Source of the DNA: Actinomycetota bacterium
GTDB taxonomy: Bacteria; Actinomycetota; Acidimicrobiia; IMCC26256; VFJJ01
Direction of reading: 5' to 3'
Length of the DNA stretch: 64,000 nt
NCBI GenBank assembly: GCA_009886115.1
Contig: VFJJ01000011.1
Span: 91,348 to 155,347 of the forward strand
Made by a program: the position numbers and the translations under genes. Positions 10,488-19,956 of this stretch are shown one piece after another (position 1 is the stretch's first letter; the number at the start of each line of letters is the position of its first letter). The notes beneath the pieces were generated by a model, which was not told where the DNA came from, did not search any database, and worked only from the letters and a program-made list of their open reading frames with translations.

Positions 10488-11675
10488 TCACACGCAGTAG
10501 CTCTTCAGGGGGGGGAAACCGTTGAATCCCACCGTCGAGTAGGTGGTCGTGTATGCACCCGTCGAGAGGATCTCGACGACGTCCCCGGGGCGCAAGGCCA
10601 TCGGGAGGTGGTAGTCGGCCTTGTCGTAGAGGATGTCGACGCTGTCGCACGTGGGGCCGGCCAGCACCACCGGACCCGACTCGCTTCCGTCGTGTGGCGT
10701 GCGAATCCGGTACCGGATCGCCTCGTCCATGGTCTCGGCCAGTCCCGAGAACATGCCGACGTCGAGGTACACCCAGCGGCGCTCGTCGAGGTCGCTCTTG
10801 CGCGACACCAGGACGACCTCGCTGAAGAGCACCCCGGCGTCGCCGACGAGGTACCGACCGGGCTCGGCGATGAGGAGCGGTCGGTCGGGCCCGTTCATCA
10901 ACGGCCCGAGGTGCCGGGCGACGGAGTTGCGGATGGCCTTGCCGTACGCGCCGATCTCGGGGACCACGTCGCTGTAGCGCGACGGGAAGCCGCCGCCCAG
11001 GTTCACGACGGCCGGCGTGACGCCGTCGCGTTCGAGCATCCGGAACATCGCAGCCACCTCGGCGAGCGGGCCGTCCCACTGGTTGGGATGTCGCTGCTGA
11101 GAACCGACGTGGAAGCTGGCGCCGACGCGATGGCCCCGCTGGGCCGCGTCACGGAGGAGGTCGACGGCCATCAGCGGCTCGCACCCGAACTTTCGCGAGA
11201 GCGGCCAGTCGGCCCCTTCGCCCGCAGTCAGGATGCGACAGAACACGGTTGAGCCGGGCGCCTCGGCGTTGAGCTTGTCGAGCTCCTGGGCACTGTCGAA
11301 GGCGAACATCCGCACGCCCATCTCGTGGGCGTAGGCGATGTCCTTGCGCTTCTTGATGGTGTTGCCGTACGAGATGGTCGACGGCTGGGCACCGGCGCGC
11401 AGGCAGGCCTCGATCTCGCCGACGGAGGCCACGTCGAAGCACGAGCCCAGCTCCACGAGCAATCGGAGGATCTCGGGCGCCGGATTGGCCTTCACGGCGT
11501 AGAAGATGGCGGCTTCGGTGAGCGAGTCGCTCAGGGCCTGGTAGCGCTCGGCGACGATCGCGAGGTCGACGACCAGACACGGCGTTGGCGGGTCGTTGTC
11601 GGCGACGAAGCGCCGGATGCGGTCGGTGGGCAGATGAAGGGTGGCACCAACTGGTGGTGCGGTGTCGTCAGCCAA
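10488..11675 (-). CDS. ornithine/lysine decarboxylase (type III PLP, alanine-racemase fold)
   Basis: YAVKAN, FDVAS, SFHVGSQ, NLGGG, EPGR, GPTCDS; TTG start after GAGGAGG. Confidence 0.92.
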   Translation of the reverse strand: MADDTAPPVGATLHLPTDRIRRFVADNDPPTPCLVVDLAIVAERYQALSDSLTEAAIFYAVKANPAPEILRLLVELGSCFDVASVGEIEACLRAGAQPSTISYGNTIKKRKDIAYAHEMGVRMFAFDSAQELDKLNAEAPGSTVFCRILTAGEGADWPLSRKFGCEPLMAVDLLRDAAQRGHRVGASFHVGSQQRHPNQWDGPLAEVAAMFRMLERDGVTPAVVNLGGGFPSRYSDVVPEIGAYGKAIRNSVARHLGPLMNGPDRPLLIAEPGRYLVGDAGVLFSEVVLVSRKSDLDERRWVYLDVGMFSGLAETMDEAIRYRIRTPHDGSESGPVVLAGPTCDSVDILYDKADYHLPMALRPGDVVEILSTGAYTTTYSTVGFNGFPPLKSYCV

Positions 11676-11871
11676 CGGTCCTCCTCGGTGAGTGGGGAGG
11701 GTAAGTATGGAGCACCTGGAGCCCTTGTCCTGCACGGATCCCGTGCGCGATGGATTCCATCGTCGCCTGTGTCGGTTGCGACGGAATCCGAATCGATCGG
11801 GGCCCCCACATGATCCGATCGCAAACGGACACGGTGCGATCGGACAGGAGCGGAGCCGCGAGACTGCGATC

Positions 11872-12249
11872 GTGGACGAGGAGATCACCCTGTACGACCA
11901 CGTCGGCGGATCGGCGTTCTTCGGCCCGCTCGTCGAGCACTTCTACGACGGCGTCGAGCACGATCCCGTGTTGCGGCCGCTGTATCCCGACGACCTGGGC
12001 CCCGGAAAGCGGGCCCTGCGGCTGTTCCTCGAGCAGTACTGGGGCGGACCGGGCACCTACAGCGCCGAGAAGGGTCATCCCCGCCTGCGGATGCGTCACG
12101 CACCGTTCGTGATCGGGCCTGCCGAGCGCGACCGCTGGTTCCACCACATGGTCGCGGCCGTGAAGCGGTCGGGTCCGAGCCCGGAGATCGAGGCTCGGCT
12201 CCTCGAGTACTTCGACATGGCGGCCACGGCCATGATCAACCACGAGTGA
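11872..12249 (+). CDS. glbO: group II truncated haemoglobin
   Basis: FY..V..DPVL, QYWGGP, GHPRLRMRH. Confidence 0.9.
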   Translation: MDEEITLYDHVGGSAFFGPLVEHFYDGVEHDPVLRPLYPDDLGPGKRALRLFLEQYWGGPGTYSAEKGHPRLRMRHAPFVIGPAERDRWFHHMVAAVKRSGPSPEIEARLLEYFDMAATAMINHE

Positions 12250-12294
12250 CACCAGCGCCGCTGGCACGGGTCAACGGGTCAACGGGTCAACGGG

Positions 12295-12858
12295 TCAGAG
12301 CCCGTCCAGCGTCTGACAGGAATCCATGTCGTTGGTCGTGGCGAAGGTGTCCATGCGCTCGGTGATCGACACGTCCTCGACGGCGGTGCCGTTGAACACG
12401 GCATCGCCGCTGTCGGCCGCGACCACGTCGGCCGTGTAGCCGGTGCGCTCGCGCACGTGCAGGTCCCAGTCGGCGAGCCAGGTGTCGACCACCAGCCGAT
12501 CGGCCACCATGGCCGGTGCGCTGGCGGCGAGGTCGGCCACCATGGCGCGCAGGCCGGCGTTCTCGGCCTGGAGACGGGCGATGCGTTGCTCGAACGTCTC
12601 GTCGTCGCGGCGCTCGGGAGCCTCAGGCAGTGTGGCCTTGAGCGACGAGCAGATCGACTCGGCTCGTGCCGCCCACGCCGTGTCGGCGAGCAGGTCGGGT
12701 GAGTCGTCGCCGGTGCCGTCGACGAAGGCGAAGATCCACAAGAGGATGATGCCCACGACCACCGTCGACCCCAGCAGCCGCGTCAGCTGGGTCCGCCGGC
12801 TGCGGTGGGTGCGGGAGCCGGGCTCGGTCGTCGTCGAGGTGCCTCGGGTGCGCGCCAT
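12295..12858 (-). CDS. single-TM hypothetical protein
   Basis: One TM helix, then a helical domain with two Cys; start uncertain. Confidence 0.6.
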   Translation of the reverse strand: MARTRGTSTTTEPGSRTHRSRRTQLTRLLGSTVVVGIILLWIFAFVDGTGDDSPDLLADTAWAARAESICSSLKATLPEAPERRDDETFEQRIARLQAENAGLRAMVADLAASAPAMVADRLVVDTWLADWDLHVRERTGYTADVVAADSGDAVFNGTAVEDVSITERMDTFATTNDMDSCQTLDGL

Positions 12859-12908
12859 CGGGGCCAACGGTACCGGGCCCTCCCGGCACGGCTCCGACGG
12901 AGCCCGGG

Positions 12909-14570
12909 TCACAGCTCGACCGATGTCGGGTCGAGGTCGTCGTCGCCGGGTTCGGCCGCAGGCGCGGGTTCGGCTTCGGGCCGCTTCCGGAGATCCACCG
13001 GGTCGTCACGGTCGTCAGTGGAGCCAGCCGGGCTCAGCTCGTCGAGCGTGGTCGCTGACGCCTCGGGGAGCCGGGGGAGCAGGAACAGGGTGGCCAGGAT
13101 CGGGATGACCCCCAGGATCGCGATCGTGCGACCCAAGCCGCCCAAGGGATCGCGGAGGAACCCGGTCGCGATCAGCCCGACGGCCGATCCGCTCACCCCG
13201 GCCACGAGCAGCAACGCGTGGGCTCGGGCCCGCAGCGCGGTGGGGAACATCTCGCTGCTGAAGCTGGAGATCGCCGGCGCGGCCATGGCGCCCACGACCG
13301 CCCCGATGGTGGCGGCCGTCCACAGGGGCACGCCGCTGGTGGTGTAGAAGGTCATCGAAGCCACCAGACCTGCGACGCCGAACCCGATGGCGACGGGCTT
13401 GCGCCCCTTGGTCTCGGCCAGGCGAGAGCCGACGAGGATCCCGAACAGGGCCGTGACGCTCGTCGTGGCGACACGGAAGATCGTGATGTCGAGCCCGTCG
13501 AACCCCCGGTCGCGTCGGAGGTAGCGGTTCGAGAACTGGGCCGCCGGGGCCACGAAGATCTGGAGCAGGAACACGAACGCCGCGAGGGCGAAGAACCGGC
13601 GTCCGTAGCGGCCCCGCACGATCTCGCGGACGGCCACCGGCCGGGCCCGCTGCTCGGCGCTGATGGCCTCGAAGCGGGGTGACTCCTGCAACCTTCGGGC
13701 CATCCCGGGGACGAGCACGAGCGAAGCCGCGACGAGGCCGTAGTGGATCCGCCAGGCTTCCCCGCCGAGATCGCTCAAAGGCAAGAGCAACGTCCCGATG
13801 GCGAAGCCGGCGTTGCTGGCCAGGGTCAGCATGCCGAGCGCATAGGCCCGGGCCCGCTCGGGAGCATTCTCGACGACGGTGATCGCGGCGATGGAGATGC
13901 TGGCATTGAACAGGCCCCGGCTGAGCACCTGCGGCACGGTGAACAGCGCGAGGTTCGGCGCCAGCGCCGAGAGGCCGCTCACGATCCCGATCCCGACGGT
14001 GGTGAGGAGCAGGACCCTGCGCCGGCCGGCGCGGTCGGCGACCGACGCCGCGACCAGGGCCACGATCACGCCGACCCGAGCGACAGCCAGGGCGATGCCG
14101 AGGGCGCGATCGGAGCTGCCGAACGAATCGCCGATGTAGTCGAGGTTCTGAGTGAACAACGACCCGCCGAAGGTGGCGATCGCCAGCAAGGCCGAAACGG
14201 TGACCAGATGCACTGCCTGCGCCTCGCTGAACGGGACGGGCGGCCCGGCGCGGACCTTCCGACGCCGCTCGATGTGCACGGGCTCGCCGCGAAGTGCGGA
14301 CGCGGCGCGTTCGAGGCCCCGGCGACGTTCCCACCACAGGCTCGGGGTGGTGACCCACCAGAAGTACGGAAGGCGCGGAGCCCGACCCACGACGAGCTCG
14401 ACGCGGCCGTCGTCGCCGACGCTCGCTGTGGCGGCGGCAGTCCCGTCGATCGACGACGAGATCGTGAAGTGCACGACGCCGTCGGTCACCCGCGCCTCGG
14501 GCAACGATGCGAGCCCCCGCTCGATGACCGTCTGGGGATCGGCATCGACGGTCAGCTTCAGGCGGGGCAC
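12909..14570 (-). CDS. MFS transporter with extra N-terminal domain
   Basis: About 12 TM segments, ADRAGRR motif A, ~110-aa N-terminal extension. Confidence 0.88.
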   Translation of the reverse strand: MPRLKLTVDADPQTVIERGLASLPEARVTDGVVHFTISSSIDGTAAATASVGDDGRVELVVGRAPRLPYFWWVTTPSLWWERRRGLERAASALRGEPVHIERRRKVRAGPPVPFSEAQAVHLVTVSALLAIATFGGSLFTQNLDYIGDSFGSSDRALGIALAVARVGVIVALVAASVADRAGRRRVLLLTTVGIGIVSGLSALAPNLALFTVPQVLSRGLFNASISIAAITVVENAPERARAYALGMLTLASNAGFAIGTLLLPLSDLGGEAWRIHYGLVAASLVLVPGMARRLQESPRFEAISAEQRARPVAVREIVRGRYGRRFFALAAFVFLLQIFVAPAAQFSNRYLRRDRGFDGLDITIFRVATTSVTALFGILVGSRLAETKGRKPVAIGFGVAGLVASMTFYTTSGVPLWTAATIGAVVGAMAAPAISSFSSEMFPTALRARAHALLLVAGVSGSAVGLIATGFLRDPLGGLGRTIAILGVIPILATLFLLPRLPEASATTLDELSPAGSTDDRDDPVDLRKRPEAEPAPAAEPGDDDLDPTSVEL

Positions 14571-14657
14571 CGCTGGATCGTAGGCACTCGGAGAGCGTGG
14601 TCCGGTTCCGTGGCTCTATGGTGCGCGCTCAAGCGAACGACGACCCGGGGGAAACCG

Positions 14658-15128
14658 ATGCCGCAGCTCCAGGTGGGAGACGCCGCTCCCGACTTCACGC
14701 TCAGCGATCAGGACGGCCAGGCCGTGTCGTTGAGCTCGCTCAGAGGCAAGAACGTCGTGATCTTCTTCTATCCCAAGGCCCTCACGCCCGGCTGCACGAC
14801 CCAGGCCTGCGAGCTGCGCGATGCGGCGCCGGGCCTGGCCGGACAGAACACCGTCGTGCTCGGCATGAGCCCCGATCGTGCCGAACTGCAGAAGCGCTTC
14901 GACGACAAGCACTCGCTGGGCTATCCGCTCCTCGCCGACACCGACCACGCCGTGGCCGAGGCCTACGGCGTGTGGGGCGAGAAGGTCAACTACGGCAAGA
15001 AGTACATGGGAATCATCCGGTCGGCCTTCGTGATCGACGCATCGGGGAACATCGCCGCGACCTTCTACAAGGTGAGCCCCAAGGACACCGTCCCCAAGGC
15101 CACCAAGGCCCTGGCCGCGCTGAGCTGA
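14658..15128 (+). CDS. bcp: thioredoxin-dependent peroxiredoxin (BCP/PrxQ)
   Basis: FFYPKALTPGCTTQAC. Confidence 0.94.
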   Translation: MPQLQVGDAAPDFTLSDQDGQAVSLSSLRGKNVVIFFYPKALTPGCTTQACELRDAAPGLAGQNTVVLGMSPDRAELQKRFDDKHSLGYPLLADTDHAVAEAYGVWGEKVNYGKKYMGIIRSAFVIDASGNIAATFYKVSPKDTVPKATKALAALS

Positions 15129-15139
15129 GCCAACACCCC

Positions 15140-15191
15140 CGACCAAGAGTGAGTTGACCCCCGCCAGTGCGGAACAACTCACTCTTGGTCG
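15140..15191. repeat. long palindrome (17-bp perfect arms) between convergent genes; possible bidirectional terminator or REP-like element
   Basis: CGACCAAGAGTGAGTTG ... CAACTCACTCTTGGTCG. Confidence 0.85.
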
Positions 15192-15239
15192 AGAGGGGGG
15201 CCGTCCCGAGCCCCGAGCCCCGAGCCCCGAGCGCTGGTG

Positions 15240-17639
15240 TCAGCTCACGAGGGTACGGGTGACGTCGATCGTGGAGTTGGGCTCGATGGTCCGGTTCTCG
15301 TCGAACACGACCGTGCCGTTCTGGCGGATGCGGATGGTGAACGTCTGGGTGCCGCTGCCGCCGGGACAGACCGCGTAGTACACGACCCGCACCAGGTAGC
15401 CGCCGGGGGCTGCGCCGTCGACGGGCCAGACGACCCGTTCGACGGGGGTGTTGCTGCTGGCTGTCGGGATGCAGCTGGCGTTGGCGTCACGGTCGAGCGC
15501 TCCGCCACCGGGGGCCGTCGGGGAGTTGTACGCGACCGTCGTCCCCGACGGCTCGGCCACCACGACGAGGTCGAGGTCGGCCGGGCTGGTCCAGCTCAGC
15601 TCCACCTCGAGATCGGGTCCCCGCGGCGCTGGCGCCGACGACGCGGTCCCGAGCGCCGTCGTGGTGGTAGCGGGAAGTGTCGTGGTCGTGGTCTCGACCG
15701 GGACCACGAGCACATCGGCTTCGCCTGAGGTTCCGACGGGTCGACGGAACTGCGTGTCGTCGGCTGCGGTGAGCACCAGCGCCTCGACCGGAGCGCCGGC
15801 GACGACCACCGCGTTCTCCTCCTGCGAATACCCGGGCCAGGCTTCGCCGCTGTTGGGCGCTCCGGCGTCGAGTGGCTCGGGGCCGAGCAGCGGGTTCCCG
15901 CAGGCGCACTTGGCCCTCGGCACTCCCTCGGCGTCGACGAGCACGGCCGTGCCTGCTTCGAGCACCGACTGACGGGGTGTCGCCTGGCCGTTGGCGTAGC
16001 CGTGATTGGTGACCCGCGTGTCCTGACGCAGCACGACCGGCGTGAGGCTCCGGACGTACTCGGCGAGATCGGTGACCGCGATGCCTTGGACCCGGGCCCA
16101 GGCGGCGCCCTTGGCCGGCTCGCTCTGCAAGAAGGCGATCATCTGCTCGGCGTCGCACGAGCCGATCGACTGGGTCCCGCCGTAGAGCCCCGGCGTCGTG
16201 CCCACCACCGGCGTCACGCTGACCCGTCCGCCGCTCTTGGTGCCGCCGCTCGTCGAGCCGATCTCGGAGAAGCTGTTCCCCGCTCCCTTGGCCACGCTCG
16301 AGGTGAAGGGATCGTCGCCCACCGCAGCTGCCGGCTCGAGCACGAGCACGGCGCCAGCGCCCTTGCCGGGAACACCTGTCGCCGCGCCGCTGTCGTCGCC
16401 CCCCAGCACGGCGAGGGCGCTCAACGCCAAGGCGAGGGCGAGGAGGACCACGCCGACCGTGACGATCATGCGGGCCTGGCGTCGGACCTGGGATCCCGTC
16501 TCGGCCGGGGCACGATGCCCGTCCCCGGAGATGTCGCCGGGCGGGTGGGGATCGAGCCAGGGATTCGCCGCCGAGCTCGACGCCGCCGCTGCGCCGTAGC
16601 CAGCCGCAGCGTCGGACATGATCGTCGGCACGGCCTGGGTGGGGATCTCGTACGACGGGGGCGGCGGACTGGCGTACACCCGCGGTTGGCTGTCGAAGGG
16701 ACTGCCCGCCGCGGCGACTCCGGCCGCAGCCTCCGCCGCCGAGAGGTCGACGCTCGGCGGACCGCCCGGGTAGGCCGCCTCGCTGGTGAGCGGGCCGGCC
16801 CCGGTGGCCGAGGCGTCGAAGGTGGCGGAAGGATCGAGCGTCGCCAGGGCTCGGGCCAGATCTGCGGCCGACGGGTGACGCGCTGCGGGGTCCTTGGCCA
16901 TGGCCCGCTCGATGATGGCGGCGAGACCCGACGGGACGCCCGTCCAGCGCAGGTCGGGGACGGGTTCGCTGGCGATCCGGTTGAACACCGCGATGATCGA
17001 GTCGTCGGTGATGCGGGAGAACGCCGGCAGCCCGGTGAGGAGCGCGTACATGGTCGAGCCCAAGGCGTACACGTCGCTGGCGACGCTCGGGGGCCGACCC
17101 GACAGCAGCTCTGGCGCAGCATGGGCGATCGACGCGGTGATGCTGGAGGTCTGGGTGCGGGCGCCCTCGACCTGGGCGATGCCGAAGTCGGCCAGCATGG
17201 GCTCGCCGTAGGCCGAGACGAGGATGTTGGCGGGCTTGATGTCGCGGTGCAGCACGTCGGCCCGGTGGGCCGCGTCGAGCGCCCCCGCGATCCGTCCACC
17301 GATGCGCACGACGTCCTGCCACGGGAGGCGTCCGTCACGATCGAGGCGGTCCTGGAGCGAGCCGGCCGTGAGATACGGCATCAGGAGGTAGGCGTGCCCC
17401 GTGCTGGTGTATCCGGCTGCGTAGACGGGAACGATGTTCGGATGCGACGACAGCGCTCCGAGGGCCCGCCGCTCCCGGTCGAAACGCTCGCGGTTGCGGT
17501 CGTCGATGTGGGCGCCGGTGAGGATCTTGACGGCCACCTCACGTTGGAAGTCGACCTGCATGGCCCGGTACACGACCGCGAAGCCGCCCCTGCCGATCTC
17601 GACCGCGTCGATGAGCCCCGGAATCCCCAGATCAACCAT
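15240..17639 (-). CDS. membrane Ser/Thr protein kinase with extracellular DUF6777-like and YfaP-like domains
   Basis: GRGGF, VAVK, HRDIKPAN, DFG, APE; TM helix; TRVTNHG...CACGNPL; W..PADLDL..EP. Confidence 0.9.
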   Translation of the reverse strand: MVDLGIPGLIDAVEIGRGGFAVVYRAMQVDFQREVAVKILTGAHIDDRNRERFDRERRALGALSSHPNIVPVYAAGYTSTGHAYLLMPYLTAGSLQDRLDRDGRLPWQDVVRIGGRIAGALDAAHRADVLHRDIKPANILVSAYGEPMLADFGIAQVEGARTQTSSITASIAHAAPELLSGRPPSVASDVYALGSTMYALLTGLPAFSRITDDSIIAVFNRIASEPVPDLRWTGVPSGLAAIIERAMAKDPAARHPSAADLARALATLDPSATFDASATGAGPLTSEAAYPGGPPSVDLSAAEAAAGVAAAGSPFDSQPRVYASPPPPSYEIPTQAVPTIMSDAAAGYGAAAASSSAANPWLDPHPPGDISGDGHRAPAETGSQVRRQARMIVTVGVVLLALALALSALAVLGGDDSGAATGVPGKGAGAVLVLEPAAAVGDDPFTSSVAKGAGNSFSEIGSTSGGTKSGGRVSVTPVVGTTPGLYGGTQSIGSCDAEQMIAFLQSEPAKGAAWARVQGIAVTDLAEYVRSLTPVVLRQDTRVTNHGYANGQATPRQSVLEAGTAVLVDAEGVPRAKCACGNPLLGPEPLDAGAPNSGEAWPGYSQEENAVVVAGAPVEALVLTAADDTQFRRPVGTSGEADVLVVPVETTTTTLPATTTTALGTASSAPAPRGPDLEVELSWTSPADLDLVVVAEPSGTTVAYNSPTAPGGGALDRDANASCIPTASSNTPVERVVWPVDGAAPGGYLVRVVYYAVCPGGSGTQTFTIRIRQNGTVVFDENRTIEPNSTIDVTRTLVS

Positions 17640-17740
17640 GAGATCCCCATCTTGCCCGCTGGCGGCCGCCCCGTCGCGCCAGGCCCCAGGTCACGGGGCG
17701 CCCTCAGAGCCGAACACCGTCGGCCTCGCGTTCGCCAGGT

Positions 17741-18511
17741 TCACGCGCCGACGGCATGGAAGCCGCCGTCGACATGCACCATCTCGCCGGTCGTGGCGGG
17801 GAACCAGTCGGACAGGAGCGCCACGACGGCCTTCGCCGCGGGCTCGGGGTCGGTCACGTCCCAGCCGAGGGGGGCCCGTTCGGTCCACAGCTCCTCGAAC
17901 CGGGCGAACTCGGGGATCGACTTGGCGGCGATCGTGCGCAGCGGACCGGCGCACACCAGGTTGACCCGAATCTGATGCGCCCCCATGGCCCGGGCGAGGT
18001 AGCGCGAGCACGACTCGAGGGCCGCCTTGGCGACGCCCATCCAGCCGTAGAGCGGCCAGGCGACGGTGGCGTCGAAGTCGAGGCCGACGATCGAGCCGCC
18101 CCCAGCCGCCTCCAACAGAGGCTTGCACGCCTCGGCGAGCGCCTTGAGCGAGTAGGCCGACACCTGCATCGCCGTCGAGACGTCACCCCAACCGGCTCGG
18201 AAGAAGTCCTCCCCCAGGCAGGCTTCGGGAGCGAAGCCGATCGAGTGCACGACCCCGTCGACCCGTCCCCACCGTGCTGCGAGATCGGCCCGCAACGCAG
18301 CCAGGTGCTCCTCGTTGGTGACGTCGACCTCCACGATCTCAGGCACCGTGGCGAGCTTCTTCGCAACCCGCTGGGTGAGCGACATGGCCCGCCCGAACGA
18401 GGTGAGGACGATCTCGGCACCCTGCTCCTGGCAGAGCCGGGCGACCGTGTAGGCGATCGAAGCGTCGGTCAGGACGCCGGTCACGACGATCTTCTTACCC
18501 TCGAGCAACAT
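17741..18511 (-). CDS. fabI: enoyl-ACP reductase (FabI/InhA type)
   Basis: TGVLTDASIA, HSIGFAP, YGWMGVAKAALES. Confidence 0.93.
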   Translation of the reverse strand: MLLEGKKIVVTGVLTDASIAYTVARLCQEQGAEIVLTSFGRAMSLTQRVAKKLATVPEIVEVDVTNEEHLAALRADLAARWGRVDGVVHSIGFAPEACLGEDFFRAGWGDVSTAMQVSAYSLKALAEACKPLLEAAGGGSIVGLDFDATVAWPLYGWMGVAKAALESCSRYLARAMGAHQIRVNLVCAGPLRTIAAKSIPEFARFEELWTERAPLGWDVTDPEPAAKAVVALLSDWFPATTGEMVHVDGGFHAVGA

Positions 18512-18552
18512 GGGTGTCTCCCGGTCGGGCCCCCGTTGGACGGGGGTCGGAG

Positions 18553-19956
18553 TTACAACGGTGAGTTGGAATGGCGGCGGGGCTCGGAGCGGTCGCGCTT
18601 GGTGCGGATCCCGTCGAGGGCCTCGGCGACGCGTCGACGGGTGTCGATGGGCGCCACCACGTCGTCGACGAGCCCGCGCTCGGCTGCGATCAAGGCCGTG
18701 GCGAACTTCGTCGTGTAGTCGTCCTCGAGCCGCACCGTCTCGCGGGCGCGTTCGTCGGCATCGTCGATCGCGTCGAGACGCCGCCGGAAGAGGATCCGTA
18801 CCGCAGGCGGCGCGCCCAGCACTGCTATCTCGGCCGTCGGCCAGGCGAGGCAGATGTCGTTGCCGACGCCCTTGGAGTCCATCACGATGTACGCGCCGCC
18901 GTAGGCCTTGCGCAGCACGACACAGATCCGCGGCACCGTCGCCCGGCAGTAGGCGTGCACGAGCTCGGCGCCGTGGCGGATCATGCCGCGCCACTCCAGG
19001 TCTCTTCCGGGCTCGAAGCCCGGGGTGTCGACGAACGTGAGGATCGGGATGTTGAACGTGTCGCAGTGCTGGACGAAGCGGGCCGCCTTGCGCGAGGCCT
19101 CGATGTCGAGCGTCCCGGCTCGCATCTGCGGCTGGTTGGCGATGACGCCCACGACCCGGCCACCCAGGCGCCCGTAGGCCGTCACCAGGTTGGGCGCGTA
19201 GTGGGGACGCACCTCGAGGATCGAGTCGTCGTCGAGCACGTCGCCCACGACCTCGCGCACGTCGTACGACGCCGTCGGTCGGGCCGGAACGAGCGTGGGG
19301 GCGATCTCGCAGTCGCGATCGAGCGGATCGCTCACGGGCAGTCGCGGGGGTTCGTCGGCTGCGCTCTGCGGCAGGTACGACAGCAGCTCGGTGAGCGCGG
19401 CCACGGCGTCGGCCTCGTCGACGGCCGAGAGATCGGCGATCCCCGAGTGGTGGTCGTGGACGAAGGCTCCCCCGAGCTTGGTGGCGCCGATGGGAACGCC
19501 CGTGAACTCCGTGACCGCGTCGGGCCCGCTCACGAAGGCGTAGGCCTCGGCGGTCATCACCACGTGATCGGCCATGCCCAGCAACAGCGCCGGCCCCGAC
19601 AGGCACGGTCCGGTGACGGCGAAGAGGATGGGCACCACGCCCGAAGCGTCGGCGACGGCCCGGGCGATGCGGCCCCAGGCGTGCAACGACGCCACGCCCT
19701 CGTGGATGTCGGCCCCCGACGTGGAGAGGATGCCGACGACAGGAATCCCGAGCTCGACGGCCTGTCGGATGCACCGGGTGATCGTGGCGCCGTCGGCCGG
19801 TCCGATCGAGCCCCGATGGCGTCCACCGGCGAGGCGGAACATGGCGACCGGGCGGCCGGCGAGCTCGCCGAGGCCCGCTTCGACGGCCGTGCCCCGATCG
19901 CGCGAGATCGGGGCACCGAGATCGTCGAAGGCGAGGGCCACGTCGTGGGTGCTCAG
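18553..19956 (-). CDS. acyl-CoA carboxylase carboxyltransferase subunit
   Basis: Two crotonase-fold halves, VDTPGF, LRKAYGGAY, WPTAEIAV; start uncertain (19956 or 19941). Confidence 0.88.
   Translation of the reverse strand: MSTHDVALAFDDLGAPISRDRGTAVEAGLGELAGRPVAMFRLAGGRHRGSIGPADGATITRCIRQAVELGIPVVGILSTSGADIHEGVASLHAWGRIARAVADASGVVPILFAVTGPCLSGPALLLGMADHVVMTAEAYAFVSGPDAVTEFTGVPIGATKLGGAFVHDHHSGIADLSAVDEADAVAALTELLSYLPQSAADEPPRLPVSDPLDRDCEIAPTLVPARPTASYDVREVVGDVLDDDSILEVRPHYAPNLVTAYGRLGGRVVGVIANQPQMRAGTLDIEASRKAARFVQHCDTFNIPILTFVDTPGFEPGRDLEWRGMIRHGAELVHAYCRATVPRICVVLRKAYGGAYIVMDSKGVGNDICLAWPTAEIAVLGAPPAVRILFRRRLDAIDDADERARETVRLEDDYTTKFATALIAAERGLVDDVVAPIDTRRRVAEALDGIRTKRDRSEPRRHSNSPL

Noticed and set aside
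14658..15128. Second selenoprotein (peroxiredoxin)
   Set aside because: Both active-site residues are TGC Cys; no in-frame TGA.
19941..19956. CTG start of the carboxyltransferase through a CTGA overlap with fabF
   Set aside because: An in-frame GTG at 19941 is equally plausible; cannot be decided from sequence.
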